The position numbers and the translations under genes were made by a program. The notes under the pieces were generated by a model that worked only from the letters and a program-made list of their open reading frames with translations, did not search any database and was not told where the DNA came from. A DNA stretch of 64,000 nucleotides from Lama glama (Eukaryota), in assembly GCA_028534125.1 (NCBI GenBank), contig CM052822.1, positions 58,900,001-58,964,000 on the forward strand, given 5' to 3'. Position 1 is the first letter of the stretch; each line of letters starts with the position of its first letter. Positions 24,173 through 35,830 of the stretch are shown here, one piece after another.

Positions 24173-26469
24173 TCTAGTAGAAGAAGAAAGAAAACATCCT
24201 ATTACAGTTATCTAGAAAATGGGATGGAGTGCAGAAGTTTTGCTGAGCATCATAACTTTTTTTGAGGCCCCAGCCAAGGTTAAGTAAAGATGAATTAATA
24301 ACGAAATCAAATCAGCCTGCTTATATGACTTACTCCATTTAGCTCTGTTCTACAGCCCCAGGGGTATCAGTTGCTAAGAAAATAGACATTAAAGCTGAAT
24401 TCACCATGATCCTTCTGTGTTGATCTGTGCAGAAAAATAGACCACGTTGCCATCTATACTCACATCTCCTCTGAGTTATATTTTAGGAGGGGGATTAGGA
24501 CCAGACTCAGGGAGCCTTTAAGGGATTAGATCAGATGCTGCAGTGTTACAGTGAAATTGGAATGAAAGCTCAACTTCTGCAAGGTTCAATTCTAGCCTGC
24601 CAGCTGTCCAGAAACATCCTGGAATGAAGCTTAGGGGAATCCCAAGAGAAGTTAGGTCTTGGAGAAGAGTTTTCTAGAGCCAGATGTGTCCATTCCTTCC
24701 CTAGTGGACTTGGGAGGTGTAGACAGAGGTGCCTCAAACCATAAAAAGTCAGCTTTCCTTCTTCCTGCCAAGAGAGGGCATTCATTAAATGCATCCCTGT
24801 CCTTCGGACCATGTAAACCCCCTCAAACCTGTGGCCAGGTTTTTTCCACAGCTGTAGCATTCTATCCAGATAGTTACTGAATTTGTGGATAATGTAAAGT
24901 AGGTGCCTGCCTGCTTTGCAGAATTAAACTGCCTGCTAGAGTAATTAAGAAGCATGGAGTTGTGACCTATTGCCCAAGTATCTAAGTGTATTTCTAAAAT
25001 CTTGATATAGTCAATCAGTGGCCTTTTTTTTTCATACAGTAACTATGAACTATTGTGTTTACTTATGTTTCTCCTTTCTTTCTTTCTTCTTTTTTCTTTC
25101 AAACAAATGAAGCTACATGATCATGAGGTCTGGATTCAGACATCTTCATTTTGAGCTGCTTGAAAAGCAAGCTGAAACATGAGACAAGAAGAAACCTTAG
25201 GAGTGATAGCAAAACAAATAAAAATTAAATTCTTTGATTGTGTGTTTGCCACTGTACCAAACACGTGCGAAAAGAACTCCTTTTCAAGAAGGAAAAACCT
25301 AAAACCAACACAACCAAAATTTAAATACCACTTCTGCCATGTGAAATTGTCTAATCAGCCTCATTTTCTTCTATTGACATCATCATCTACTGTTTGTTCT
25401 GTTGCTTCATTTTTAGTATCTTTCTGGGCTTATGAAAGCAGAAAGATTGCCTGGGTTGGAACAAGTCTCTCTACCATTTCCTATGTGTCCGTTCTCAACC
25501 AAAATAAATCAGTGCAAATGCCAATGTCCGCTCCTTACCAGGCCTTTGAGACCTACTTGGAAGAGAAAGGGTATATGTTACCAAGCTAGCTGAAATCAAC
25601 AAACAGGGCATCCTTCAACAATAGTGTTGCCCTTTGGAAACAGAAAGGGCGCCTTTCTTAGCATTCCCTTTGAGAGCTGATTGGCCTGACCACTCTCATT
25701 ATGTAACCTGTGAGTTGGCAATGATTTGATCCCATCAGCATATTAGGATCATTTTGATTAACTCAGGATTTATTAAGAGAGTATAAATGTAGGATAACTA
25801 CATTGGTGCACATTATTTATGCCTTTTCCTGTTATTATTTAAAAGAAAAAGTAATCTCAGAGTTCTAATATAAAGCCGAAGTACTCTGCATTAAGGAACT
25901 TGATGGATTTTCTCACTACTTCGAATTGTGGTGCTTGAAGGAAGTTGGGGAATGGGAATGAATATAGTCAAATAAATTAAGTCTTGAAACCCAAATAGTG
26001 CTGTGTAAGCAAGCTGACTGCAAATCAAACAGAAGTGTTTGCTAAAGAATACGTGATCTTAGTTGAGGCTGAGCAGAACCAGCCTCTTTGTACATATGTG
26101 TATGTTTCTCTTGACATGTGCAAAGACTTGTTGCATTTCCATTCCTGTGGCCTCAGATCTCTTTGGCAAAAAGTATCATCCATCTATGACGAAGAAAACA
26201 CGCAGAGCAGATTTCCCCAAATGACAAAGAATAATCTTTATCAAATGTAGACGAGCCTGTTGGCAAACAGTAGGTGGGACTTGGATTGGTTTTCTAGCTT
26301 CAAGGAGTCCCAGATTTCCTATGTTTTTGTTTGTTTGTTTAATGTGATTGTTATTAACATTGTTCTGGCTAGCACATGCCATTCCTGGAAGGCTGGGTCA
26401 CAGGGTGGATAACTCCATCCAGCTCAGCGTGTTCATTCGTTCTTCAGCCCCATCCTGCAGGCAGCTTCC

Positions 26470-26630
26470 ACAGCCTCTCTGGAGCAAGTGTTGGCAACTC
26501 CCTAGCTTCTCATTTTACAGATGAGGAAGCAGAGGCACAAAAAAGTGGAGTGACATCATCATGATTGCAAGCTGTATTCTTGGTAAAGCAGGGACTTCCT
26601 CCCACGGACTTGGAGCTCCACAGCTTGCTC
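26470..26630 (-). mobile_element. MIR SINE
   Basis: ctcattttacagatgaggaagcagaggcaca. Confidence 0.7.
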
Positions 26631-26645
26631 TCTGGCATAGCTTGT

Positions 26646-26800
26646 GTTTTGGGGAGGGTAAGAACTTTTTCGTGTACAATTTTACTTATTTATTGGGGGG
26701 GGGTAATTAGGTTATTTATTTTTAGTGGAAGTACTAGGAATTGAACCCAGGACCTTCTGCGTGCTAAGCACATACTCTGCTGCTGAGCTATACCCTCCCC
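26646..26800 (-). mobile_element. Camelid tRNA-derived SINE (Vic-1 type)
   Basis: Minus strand reads GGGGAGGGTATAGCTCAGCAGCAGAGTATGTGCTTAGCACGCAGAAGGTCCTGGGTTCAATTCCTAGTACTTCCACTAAAAATAAATAACCTAATTACCCCC... with pol III A box and B box (GGTTCAATTCC). Probable TSD tggcatagcttgt (26633-26645) / tggtatagcttgt (26802-26814). Confidence 0.88.
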
Positions 26801-28079
26801 TTGGTATAGCTTGTTCTCAGCTGACCTTAATTGAAGAGATTGCTCCCAACTCAGAGCCAAACCTACTTTAAGCATCAGTTCAAATGACACTGTGATCTCT
26901 TGGAGTCTATGGAAAAGTTTGGAGTAGAGTGTATTTTCCTCCTTAGAACTCATGTCAAATCTACAACTACTTTTTAGCATATTCTGATGATTGCATTCCA
27001 TTTGATCTATTTTTCTCTAAGTTGTTCAGCAGCCGTAGGCCAAAATCATTATGTTCTGACCTGAACCAGGAGACAGAGGCAGCTAGCTTGGAAACTGAGA
27101 TGCAAAGCATGTGCCTGGTGCAGCAGGTTGCTCGCTCTGGGTGAGAGTAGGTGATGGGTGAGGGAGTCTCGGGAGGTGAGGCTGAGTTGTCTGTTTCCCA
27201 ACAGGGGGCAATAGTGGCATTTTGGGTAGCACTTTTCTTTCGTCTGGACTTCCCTTGAATTGCAGGATATTTAGCATCTTAGCTCCCTCCCGAATGCCTT
27301 AGCACCTTCTCCCAGCGGAAACATTGGAAGCATCAATAACGCACCCCCACAGTTTTCCCGACGCTCCCAGGTGGTGGTGCACAGTCCCAAGTGAGAGATC
27401 TTTTGGTTGGTAGCAGTGTTGGAGAAGGAAGATGGGAACATTGGAAAATAGTTTTCCTTCTTGAGGAGTCGACATTCTCCTTTCCAGCAGGATCCAGAAG
27501 GAGAGCTCTCGTGCTGCCCAATGCCCATGCACGAGTAAGTGGCAGGAGCGAGGCTGGTGGCGGAAAGTGTGCTAACATAACAATGGGAAAAATCAGCAAA
27601 GAATATCTTTTCTGCTTTCATGTAATTATCACTTGTTGCCATCCATGCTGTTTCTTTCTGGGAGCATAAGTAACAGCAGCTTGATTTACTCCCTTCTTGA
27701 ATCCCCAGCTGTTGTCTGTTCTTCATGCTTCACCAGCCTCAGTGAGAAATAAGTCCTGGCATCTAGGAGATGAGGCCATTTCTTCCTAATCAGCACCCTG
27801 CCCCTCCTGGCGGATCCTTACTCCTGCCATGCTCTTTATACTCAGAAGCATTAGTGTTATGTTGTACTTTTCCTGTAGTATCTTTTTCCTTCTTGGTGTG
27901 GTAACTCTGCATTTGCTTGGAAACCAAAAGTTCCTAAAAATATTGGCCAGAGTTCCAGTGGTATTTTGGGGGTCGTTGGATCTGCCATCAAGCAGTGATT
28001 TTCGACCATGGTTAAATATACTGAAATGGTTAAATACACCAACTATATCAGGACAATTATCCTCTAAAAGGATAAACTC

Positions 28080-28275
28080 ATATAATAATACATACTTTTC
28101 AGTGTTTTCATGTACTTCCCCTCCCCCCCATGCTTATGACCACGCTGTGAGGTAGGAAAGGCTATTGTTATTGCCATTTAACAAGTGAAAACACTGAGAC
28201 TCAGAAAACTTGTTACTTGGCCAAGGTCACAAAGCTTAATTAAGGATGGAACTGGCACTTAGTACTCCACCATTT
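28080..28275 (-). mobile_element. MIR SINE
   Basis: ctgtgaggtagg...attattgccatttaacaagtgaaaacactgagactcaga...acttggccaaggtcaca. Confidence 0.75.
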
Positions 28276-29719
28276 CCTCCTTCTCCTTTTCAGAGGAGAC
28301 CAATTTGATTTGTCCTCTTTGGATGTCAGAACAATGATTCTTTTTTTAAAAGAATATTTTAAGCTTTTCAATTCCTATCTTCTATTGAGACAAGTTCTTT
28401 ATTCTTCTGCCAACGAAATGTAACCTCCTGTCAATCAGATATCTCTGTCCCCCTTTAACCCACTCTGCTCTTGGTTTTGAAAGTTGTCTCAGTAACACAG
28501 ACCTGCAGTCACTGGTGCCTAATGGATGTATGTAATGTGAGGAAAAGCCGTTTCCTTAATAGTGGGAAGTTAAAGATTTCTTAAAATGCTAACCAATTAG
28601 GAGTCCACTTTTTACTTTCAGCTCCCTTTGAATTTCTCTGCAGAGGTTTGGTGATTAGACAATGACAGAGGGAAGAAGAGAGCTGTGATAATAGCTGTGG
28701 TTTTCAAATAGATCATAATTTTAACTAAAAAGAAATCTGATACCATGAAAAGCTGCGTTTAGATAGTAAATATGCACACGGTGTTGGAGTCATTCTTACC
28801 TTTTTTGATTCTGAAATTATAAAAATTTGTTGGGAGAAAGAATGCATAGGAAGCAGTCCTGCTTTGCTAATCAGCCAGTACTTTTTCTGACTTAGAAGTC
28901 AGTGTAGTAGGAAGGTGTGGCATTGTGCTTTCCCAGGGCTAATACATCCACTCTCACATATATCCTGACCCAGGCTGCGGTTCTCAGAAGGAACTCAAGA
29001 GCCCTGCACATCTGTCGAGGACTTTGCTCTTGCTCCGCCCTCCCAGTTGCCTTGTGTAGCAGCCTTCTGCCGGCATGGACATGGGAGTATCAGTGAAGAA
29101 GCCCCTGCTGTTGCTCGATGTGTGTTCCTCTGGCCAGTCGTTGTTTATTCTTTAAGGGCAATCTCTAGCGTTGACTCCTCTACAAAGCCTTAACCCCCTC
29201 TGTGTTCCCATGGCATCCTCTGCTGCCTCTGTCATTGCGTGATCCTTGTAACCACATTGTCATTGCATTGCCTTGCGACTGTTTCTTTGTCTGGAGCTTT
29301 GACACTTGGGACATGGTAGAAACTCTGTACACAGTGGGGTATTGACCTACTGTTCAACCTATCTGACCTCTGTGTCCCTAGGAAGTGCGTCGTTGTGGCC
29401 TGTCCGTTTCTCTAGCCTGTCGCTGTGAGCACCTTAAACCAGAGAGGGAGGAGGGCGTGCAGAGCATGTTCTTCTACCGCACATCCAGGCAGAACCTGTA
29501 GTCTCATGCAGCACGGAGGCATGTAGGAAAAAGAAAGTGTTCTAAGAGACAGTGCTTGGTGTGTGCTGCTGGCTTCACTCCATCAAATGTAAAATGATGG
29601 AAGTGGACAAAGATAATCTCAAGGATCTCTTAATGACTCCAGTTTTGGGATTCTGTGAAATAGTCTGTGAATTTAGGGAAACACTTTAGTGAATTCATAA
29701 CAAATACAGGTTTCTGTCT

Positions 29720-29930
29720 CCGAGGGATAGGCTCAACTACTGAATCTGCCATTTATAAACCCTGTTACCTAGGACCAGCTATTTAACCTGTCTTTGCTGT
29801 GGTTCTCTCATCTGTAAATTAGGAGTGTTCTGTGTATTGAATAGCATGATAAAAGTTTTTCAGAAGTACTTAAGCCAGTGCTTAACCACAACAGAAAGAA
29901 GTTAGCACTCAAATTACGGTAGTTGTTATT
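29720..29930 (+). mobile_element. MIR SINE
   Basis: atttaacctgtctttgctgtggttctctcatctgtaaattagg...ttagcactcaaattacggtagttgttatt. Confidence 0.65.
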
Positions 29931-30159
29931 AATAGATGTCAAAAAACCTTTCAAATAGATGTAAACCTAGCTATGATAATGCCAACTACTTCCTAGTATC
30001 TTTTCTAAACACCAGCATAGCCCATCAGATTATCTGTCCACTCAGGAAAAGACGTCCAAAAACACTCCCGTAGGCTAAACCAGGACGCTGGGCAACGTGG
30101 GTGAGATGAGGTGCATTCAGCCTGAGCTGATAGGATTCAACTGGCTGTCAAAAGATACG

Positions 30160-30298
30160 ACTTATAATCTGTGCCTGCTGACCAAACTGGCAGGTGACCT
30201 TGTGTAGGTCATTTAACTTCTCTGATTTCCCATCCCATCCCCTGTAAAAAATCAGCAGTTTCTAAGGTTCTTTCCAGCTGTAAATGTGATTCTGTGAA
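30160..30298 (+). mobile_element. MIR3/MIRc-like SINE
   Basis: gtgaccttgtgtaggtcatttaacttctctga...tctaaggttctttccagctgtaaatgtgattctgtga. Confidence 0.6.
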
Positions 30299-31309
30299 TG
30301 CTAACATGACGCATGTCAATGTCCTTACGGTCATCTCCTTTTGTGTTTTAGGCTGGGAACCTGGGAAAGATAGGCAGTGTGATTGTCTTCTCCAAGTTTT
30401 CCTTGAGGTTCTGTGTGTTACAGAGTTGTAGTCAATGCACGTGTTTTCTAGGTCCTTTATGCATGAACTCAGATTAAACCATGGCCCCCACCCCAATCTA
30501 CTGTTGACCATTGGATGTTACCCCTTTTCCGTGTTATCTTGTTAACTTTGACCTCTGACTCTTGCTTCATTGAGTCTTTTTGTAATTGTTCTCTCATCTG
30601 ATATATATTAGGTAAGCAGGTCTTCAGTGTCTTCATCATAAAAGCAATGAATTTAAGTGCTCTGATTCATTCATTCCTTCAACAGTCTTCACTGCACTTT
30701 TGTCTAGCTCAGGCCATCCTTTGCAGTGAGATTTAATGGCTGGGATTCAGCTGAGTTGTTTAGATGTCACTTCCCTACCCTGTAGCTCAGTTTCTTTGCT
30801 CATGAGGGTGAACACCAGCCTTTTTCTACATCTGAGAAAACTGTAGGCCTTCTCTCCAGAAAATGCCAGATACGGCGATGAGAAAAAGGGTAGAAGCCAA
30901 GAAAGTGGGTGGTGGGTAGGAGGGGGCTTGTAAAAACAAAACAAAACATTGTTACTCAAAATGGCAGGTAGTTTCATATGGATATTATGTCTCCTGTAAG
31001 AGCGACAGTGGTTACAGATTAGTTTGGAAAGGCAGATTCCTCAGTCTTTGAGGGGCCCTGGGTCTGCAAGGCTGTGTAGATTTTACCTCATGGAGAAGTT
31101 TATGATGACTTTGAGTCACGGGCATTCTTAGTGAAAGAGGAATCTGAAGAGGGCTATCAGTTTTCTCTTCAGAGAACACGTGTCCACACAAAGATTTCAT
31201 TCAGTTCCACTGGCCCGTCCTTAACACTGCCCCATGCCCCACCTCCCCCAGGTTAGGAACTCCCAAGATTGGTAACAGGAAGCAATGAATGATGAGTTAC
31301 ACGTTATGT

Positions 31310-31675
31310 CATTTTTCTAAAATTTACGTATGACTGTTAACATAGTAAAATACATACATCTTAAATATACAGCTTGATTAATTTTTATATGGCTATAAAA
31401 ATACACATATAGCTCCAAGTTACCACTACCCACATCAAGATAATAGAATATTTCTAGCATCCCAGCAGGCTTCTTTGTGGCCTGCCCCTTGAAGATAACC
31501 CATATTTTGACTTCTGTGGCCATAGATTAGCTTTGCCTGTCTTGGACTCCATGCCTGGAATCATAATCTTGTTTTACCCAACTTTATCTTACCCAGCTTT
31601 TGTCTGAGATTTATCTGTGTGGTTAGATACTGTGGAAGTCCCTCCTTTTTTGTTGCATTATCTATTTTTCAAAAA
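31310..31675 (-). mobile_element. L1M (L1MB/L1ME-type) 3' UTR fragment
   Basis: catagtaaaatacatacatcttaaatatacagcttgattaattttt...accactacccacatcaagataatagaatatttctagcatccca...catagattagctttgcctgtcttgga. Confidence 0.75.
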
Positions 31676-31699
31676 ATTACTTTTACAACACTACGAAGA

Positions 31700-32260
31700 C
31701 CAGATGGGGAGGATCCAAACTGAAGTCAGGAAGCTTGGATAGGAGGAAGCCTAAACTAGGCTCCAGAGTGGGAATGAAGAGGAAAGAACGAGTCTGTTTA
31801 GGAGGGCTCTCGTCTACAATGTTGTTGGCTATTTGATAACAGAGGATGGGGAGAAGACAGTTCACTTTTCTAGCTGATAAATAATAGAACATTTGCAAGG
31901 AGAAGGTTATTGGGTCGCTTTTAAGACCTTGAATGTTAGATGCCTATGGATTTTTGCAGTTCCAGCTGAATTCAGCAGAAAGGTTGGTTTCATCTCAAAG
32001 ATGAAAACTTTGAGAGTCACCAGTTTATAATGGGATGTAAAGCACGAAGAGTGAGTGGGATTGCCTAGGAGTGTGGTTTGGAGGAGGAAGCAGCTGTGAA
32101 ACCGCGAGGTTAAGGAGCGGTCAGGAGGAGAGCTTCTGAGAGCTGAGACTTGGATTAATGGGGGGGGCGGGCAGGACAGAGGGTTTACGGAGACACCAAG
32201 CCAAGGTCAGCGTGTGTGGCACACTCCTTAGATTTGGGAGGAGGCTTCAGAGTGCTTAAG
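31700..32260 (-). mobile_element. L2 LINE remnant
   Basis: G/A-rich tract with tttgagagtcaccagtttata...gagtgggattgcctaggag. Confidence 0.5.
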
Positions 32261-32289
32261 GAGAGGTGTGCGGTAGCGCCTCTCCCCCT

Positions 32290-32440
32290 CCTGTATGTTG
32301 TGTTAGTCTGTGTATGCGCCTGTCATCCCCACTGAACTGTGTGCGTCCTCCAAGGAGAGGCGCCATGTGCTTTCACCTCCTCATTGCTTTCCAGAATCTA
32401 GCAGAGTCTGTTTCAGCTCACTAAATGCTCACTGAATGTC
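32290..32440 (+). mobile_element. L2 3' end
   Basis: ccactgaactgtgtgcgtcctccaaggagaggcgccatgtg...cactaaatgctcactgaatg. Confidence 0.55.
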
Positions 32441-33855
32441 CAGGCGGCCCTTCTTTCTTAGGCAGCCCTGACTTGGATGACCTTCCCTGTAGTGACCACC
32501 TGAGTCTCGGGTCTCTTTGGCCGAGGGAGCTTGGGCACGGTCGCCAGGCTGTGTGCCCACCCGTGGGCCGGGAGCGGGGATGGGTGCAGAGCCTGGCGGG
32601 CAGCAGGCAGCGCCGCCCTCTGGGAACGCCTTCCTCTCCCAGCAGGCAAGGTGGCTCCTTCAGTTACATAAGATGTGTGTGTTCCGGCGGGGACGAGCTG
32701 CCTGAGTGAGTGTTTAGCAGAAATGATTTGTGTGGAGTTATTTTGAGACCCCACGGGAGGGAACGGCAGCCAAACTCTGCAGTATTTTAAACCGCATCAC
32801 TCATCTACAAAGATTAATGCATTACAGAGCCTCAGCCAGAACATTGGTAACAAGGAAACAGGAACCTGAGGGTCCTGTCAGATTGTAAATGCCAGTTCTC
32901 CTGGTCCATTCAAGGTGTCTTCAGTGGTTTGGGTTCTCCCAAACGTACTCCTTTGATCCTGTCTGCCCTGAGGGCTGGAAGTGACCGTGCTGGTTTCCTT
33001 CTGTGAGGTTGGCCTGGGTCACACTGCAGTAGCAGTTTAGCTATGTCCTTGTTGGCTGTACAGGAAGGGAATTGGCCTTCTAAGAGCTAGGGAAGGGAGC
33101 CCCTTTTGTGGTCCCCACATACATCATTTATTGGTTGGGCTCCTTGAGATCCACGCTGCTCAGGAGAAATCCCCCCACCCACTTCCAGAGCATTCATCTA
33201 TCTCCTGACTTGAGCATGAACAGCTGTCTAAGGGTGAGTGAATTGCAGAATATAGAGTTTTCCACTTTAGTGACATTAGGGGAGACAGCCTTCATATGAA
33301 ACACTTCTCTTGTTTTTTGTTTTTCTCTTGGCTGTTATGCTGTGAAATTTGCCTCCTCGCTCCCCCACCCTCTCACCAACAGCTGTCCTCTTTGCCATTC
33401 AGGAGCTGATGTCTCCCTCGGATGGCTGGCTGAGATGGAAAAGACCTCCTTCCCTTTTCCCTTTGGGCCCATGGTTGTGTAGCCAGAGAGTTCCTTGCGT
33501 CCGGACATCTAATTGCCTTCTGACCCCGAGGGATCCATCTTGGCGGGAGGACTTGTAGGAATTTGCTAGACTTGATGGAGGGCCCAGAAGGAAAGAACCC
33601 TGCCCACAGCTGTCCAGAGAACAGTCATTTTAAATGACAAAAGCAGCGGAAACAGAAAAACATATTGTTACATAAAACAGGCAACTACATATGGTATATG
33701 GATTTTTCAGAGCCCTCCAGATTCCCTACAAGGACGTGCCCCCTGGCATTTATTTGAAATTTCGGTGCCTTGTAAGAAGCCTCATAGATCCCAGCTCTGG
33801 CTGTGATAGGAGGGCGTGGAGGATAAGCACTGCCCTTGCTTGTGCGCACGCACAC

Positions 33856-33929
33856 GAGAGAGAGAGAGAGAGACAGAGAGAGACAGACAGACAGACAGAG
33901 AGACAGACAGACAGAGAGAGAGAGAGAGA
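33856..33929 (+). repeat. Compound (GA)n/(GACA)n microsatellite
   Basis: Directly visible 74-bp array. Confidence 0.95.
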
Positions 33930-33958
33930 TTGCTCCCCGCCACTTACACCCCTGAGGA

Positions 33959-33979
33959 GCCGCTGTCCATGGTCTTGAA
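33959..33979 (-). promoter_or_regulatory. REST/NRSF RE1-like element
   Basis: Minus strand TTCAAGACCATGGACAGCGGC vs consensus TTCAGCACCACGGACAGCGCC: 17/21, canonical 2-nt spacer, intact GGACAGC half-site. Confidence 0.55.
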
Positions 33980-35639
33980 GGCTTCCGCTGCTGGCGTGTC
34001 TTTCTGATTGTGGTACTGGACAGGGCTGGCCTGATGGGGAGTGGGGCTGGGATATGGTGGAGTGTAAACATGGAACAGAAGAAAAGGCACAAACGAAGCA
34101 TCTTCTGAAGTTCTCAGAATGATGAAAGGGAACCTGCCCGCAGCCTAGGGCTTGGGAAGAGATGCGAAGGGCGTGAGGCGGAAGAAGGGGTGACTGCTCT
34201 CCTTTTCCCTGGAACGAACCTTGATTCTCAGGTGTGCTCTACCGAGGAGTCCATGTGTTCCTGTCTGTGGCCTCTGCCACTTCAGGACCTCACACCGAGT
34301 GTGTTTGTGCCCATCGGTAGGTGGGTGCAGCCCTGGTGACCCTCTCCCTCCAGCTGTCAGGCTCTGGTCTGGGTCGTTACGACCACTGCGGTTTCCTCGG
34401 CGCCTCCTTCCTCTGTTCTCCCCCTTTCCTCCCCTCTTCCCACCCTCTTTCCTCAAATGAGTGAGCACATACAAGTGTGAGCACGCACACACGCATACAC
34501 ACACATGCCCCTTGGTTGTCACAACACCCGGAATCATCACTGGGCAGCGTGCTTGGCTGCAAGCCGTGTGTGGAAATGGGTCATCCCCTACTCCCTAAAC
34601 ACACCCTGGCCCCATCCTCACCAGTCGCGCCCTTATTAGAAATCATGATTTGGGGCAGGCTTCTTGTCCGGGAGGGCTTGCGCCTCGTGCTGCCCTTCAG
34701 CTGTGAGTAATAAGCCCACTGCAGCAGCTTCCCCCTCCCTTGAAGACAGGCTCAGCCTGATGAGACAGGTTAGTACCTCCCATTCGGCTGCAGAGAATCA
34801 GGCCGCTTGTCTGTCAGGTCCCTGATTTTCTCCCTCGCTGTCCTCCCTTCTCTCCTGCTTTTCAACAGAAGCTTTGTCTCCAGCATCACAGTTCAAATCC
34901 TGGTGCTTTGGTGCCCTGTTGCCACACTGTGACAGGAGCTAAAAAGCCTCAGTTAAGTGTCAGCTGTGCTTTCACTGTCCCACTGGCCGCAGTGATGACT
35001 GGGATGGTTTGCACAGTGCTGCATCAGTGGAAGGCAAAGGATGCAGCAGTCCTTTTCTTCCCCTCAGGTCTCCAAACAGGGAAAATATTCACTTCAATAG
35101 AACAATCTTTGCCTGAATTCTGCAAAGTGGATTCTAGGCAGTGGTTTGGATTTGCTGTTCCTTTTTATCCCCGAGAGCCCGGTGAGTGACAGCAGGAAAT
35201 GAATAGACTGCTGGTCACAACCCCGCCGGGGTCTCCATGGTGCCTGGGGCTGCTGCGAGACAGAATGGAAGTGGGCCGGAGCCCGGGCCATGGAGGCAGC
35301 CGCCTTCCACAGGACGGCTCCGCCTCTCCCCACAGTCCCCCAGGCCTCCCGCATCCCGGGGATTCCTCCTGCACTAATGGAGCTGTCTCCTGCTGCAGCG
35401 TCCTGCCTGGAGGAAAAGTCTAATTCTGCCGGTCACAGGGAGAGGGGCTGGTACACGCGCTCTCCGTGCCCTGCCCCAGTTAATCCAACCCAGGCAGCGA
35501 ACTTCACCTCCGAAGGCGGCTCTCAACAGCATGTGAGGATTGCTCTCTATCAAGCAAGCCCCACATCCCATCAGACTATTTAATTAAATCAGCTAGAAAG
35601 GGATTTCCTACTGGAAGATGCCCTTTCTATTATCTGGGT

Positions 35640-35830
35640 TTAAAGAAGAAAAACAGTAGACTGGTAGGAAATCAAAACACATGTCTTATGAGGACCTGGG
35701 GTTGTTTAGTCTGGAGAAAATAAGACATGAGGATGAGAGGAAATAGATGTTGTACTGTCTTCAAATATTTGAAGGGCTGTCAAGTGGGTAATGGATGTTT
35801 TATGTGGTCCCCAGGAACTGGACCAAATTT
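35640..35830 (+). mobile_element. L3/CR1 LINE ORF2 C-terminal relic
   Basis: Translates to DLGLFSLEKIR...TVFKYLKGC, the CR1 motif LGLFSLEKRRLRGD...VFKYLKG. Confidence 0.8.

Noticed and set aside
26725-26800. tRNA-Ala-like sequence (also near 41465-41539)
   Set aside because: Degenerate stems, A-rich tail and TSDs show these are SINE heads, not tRNA genes.
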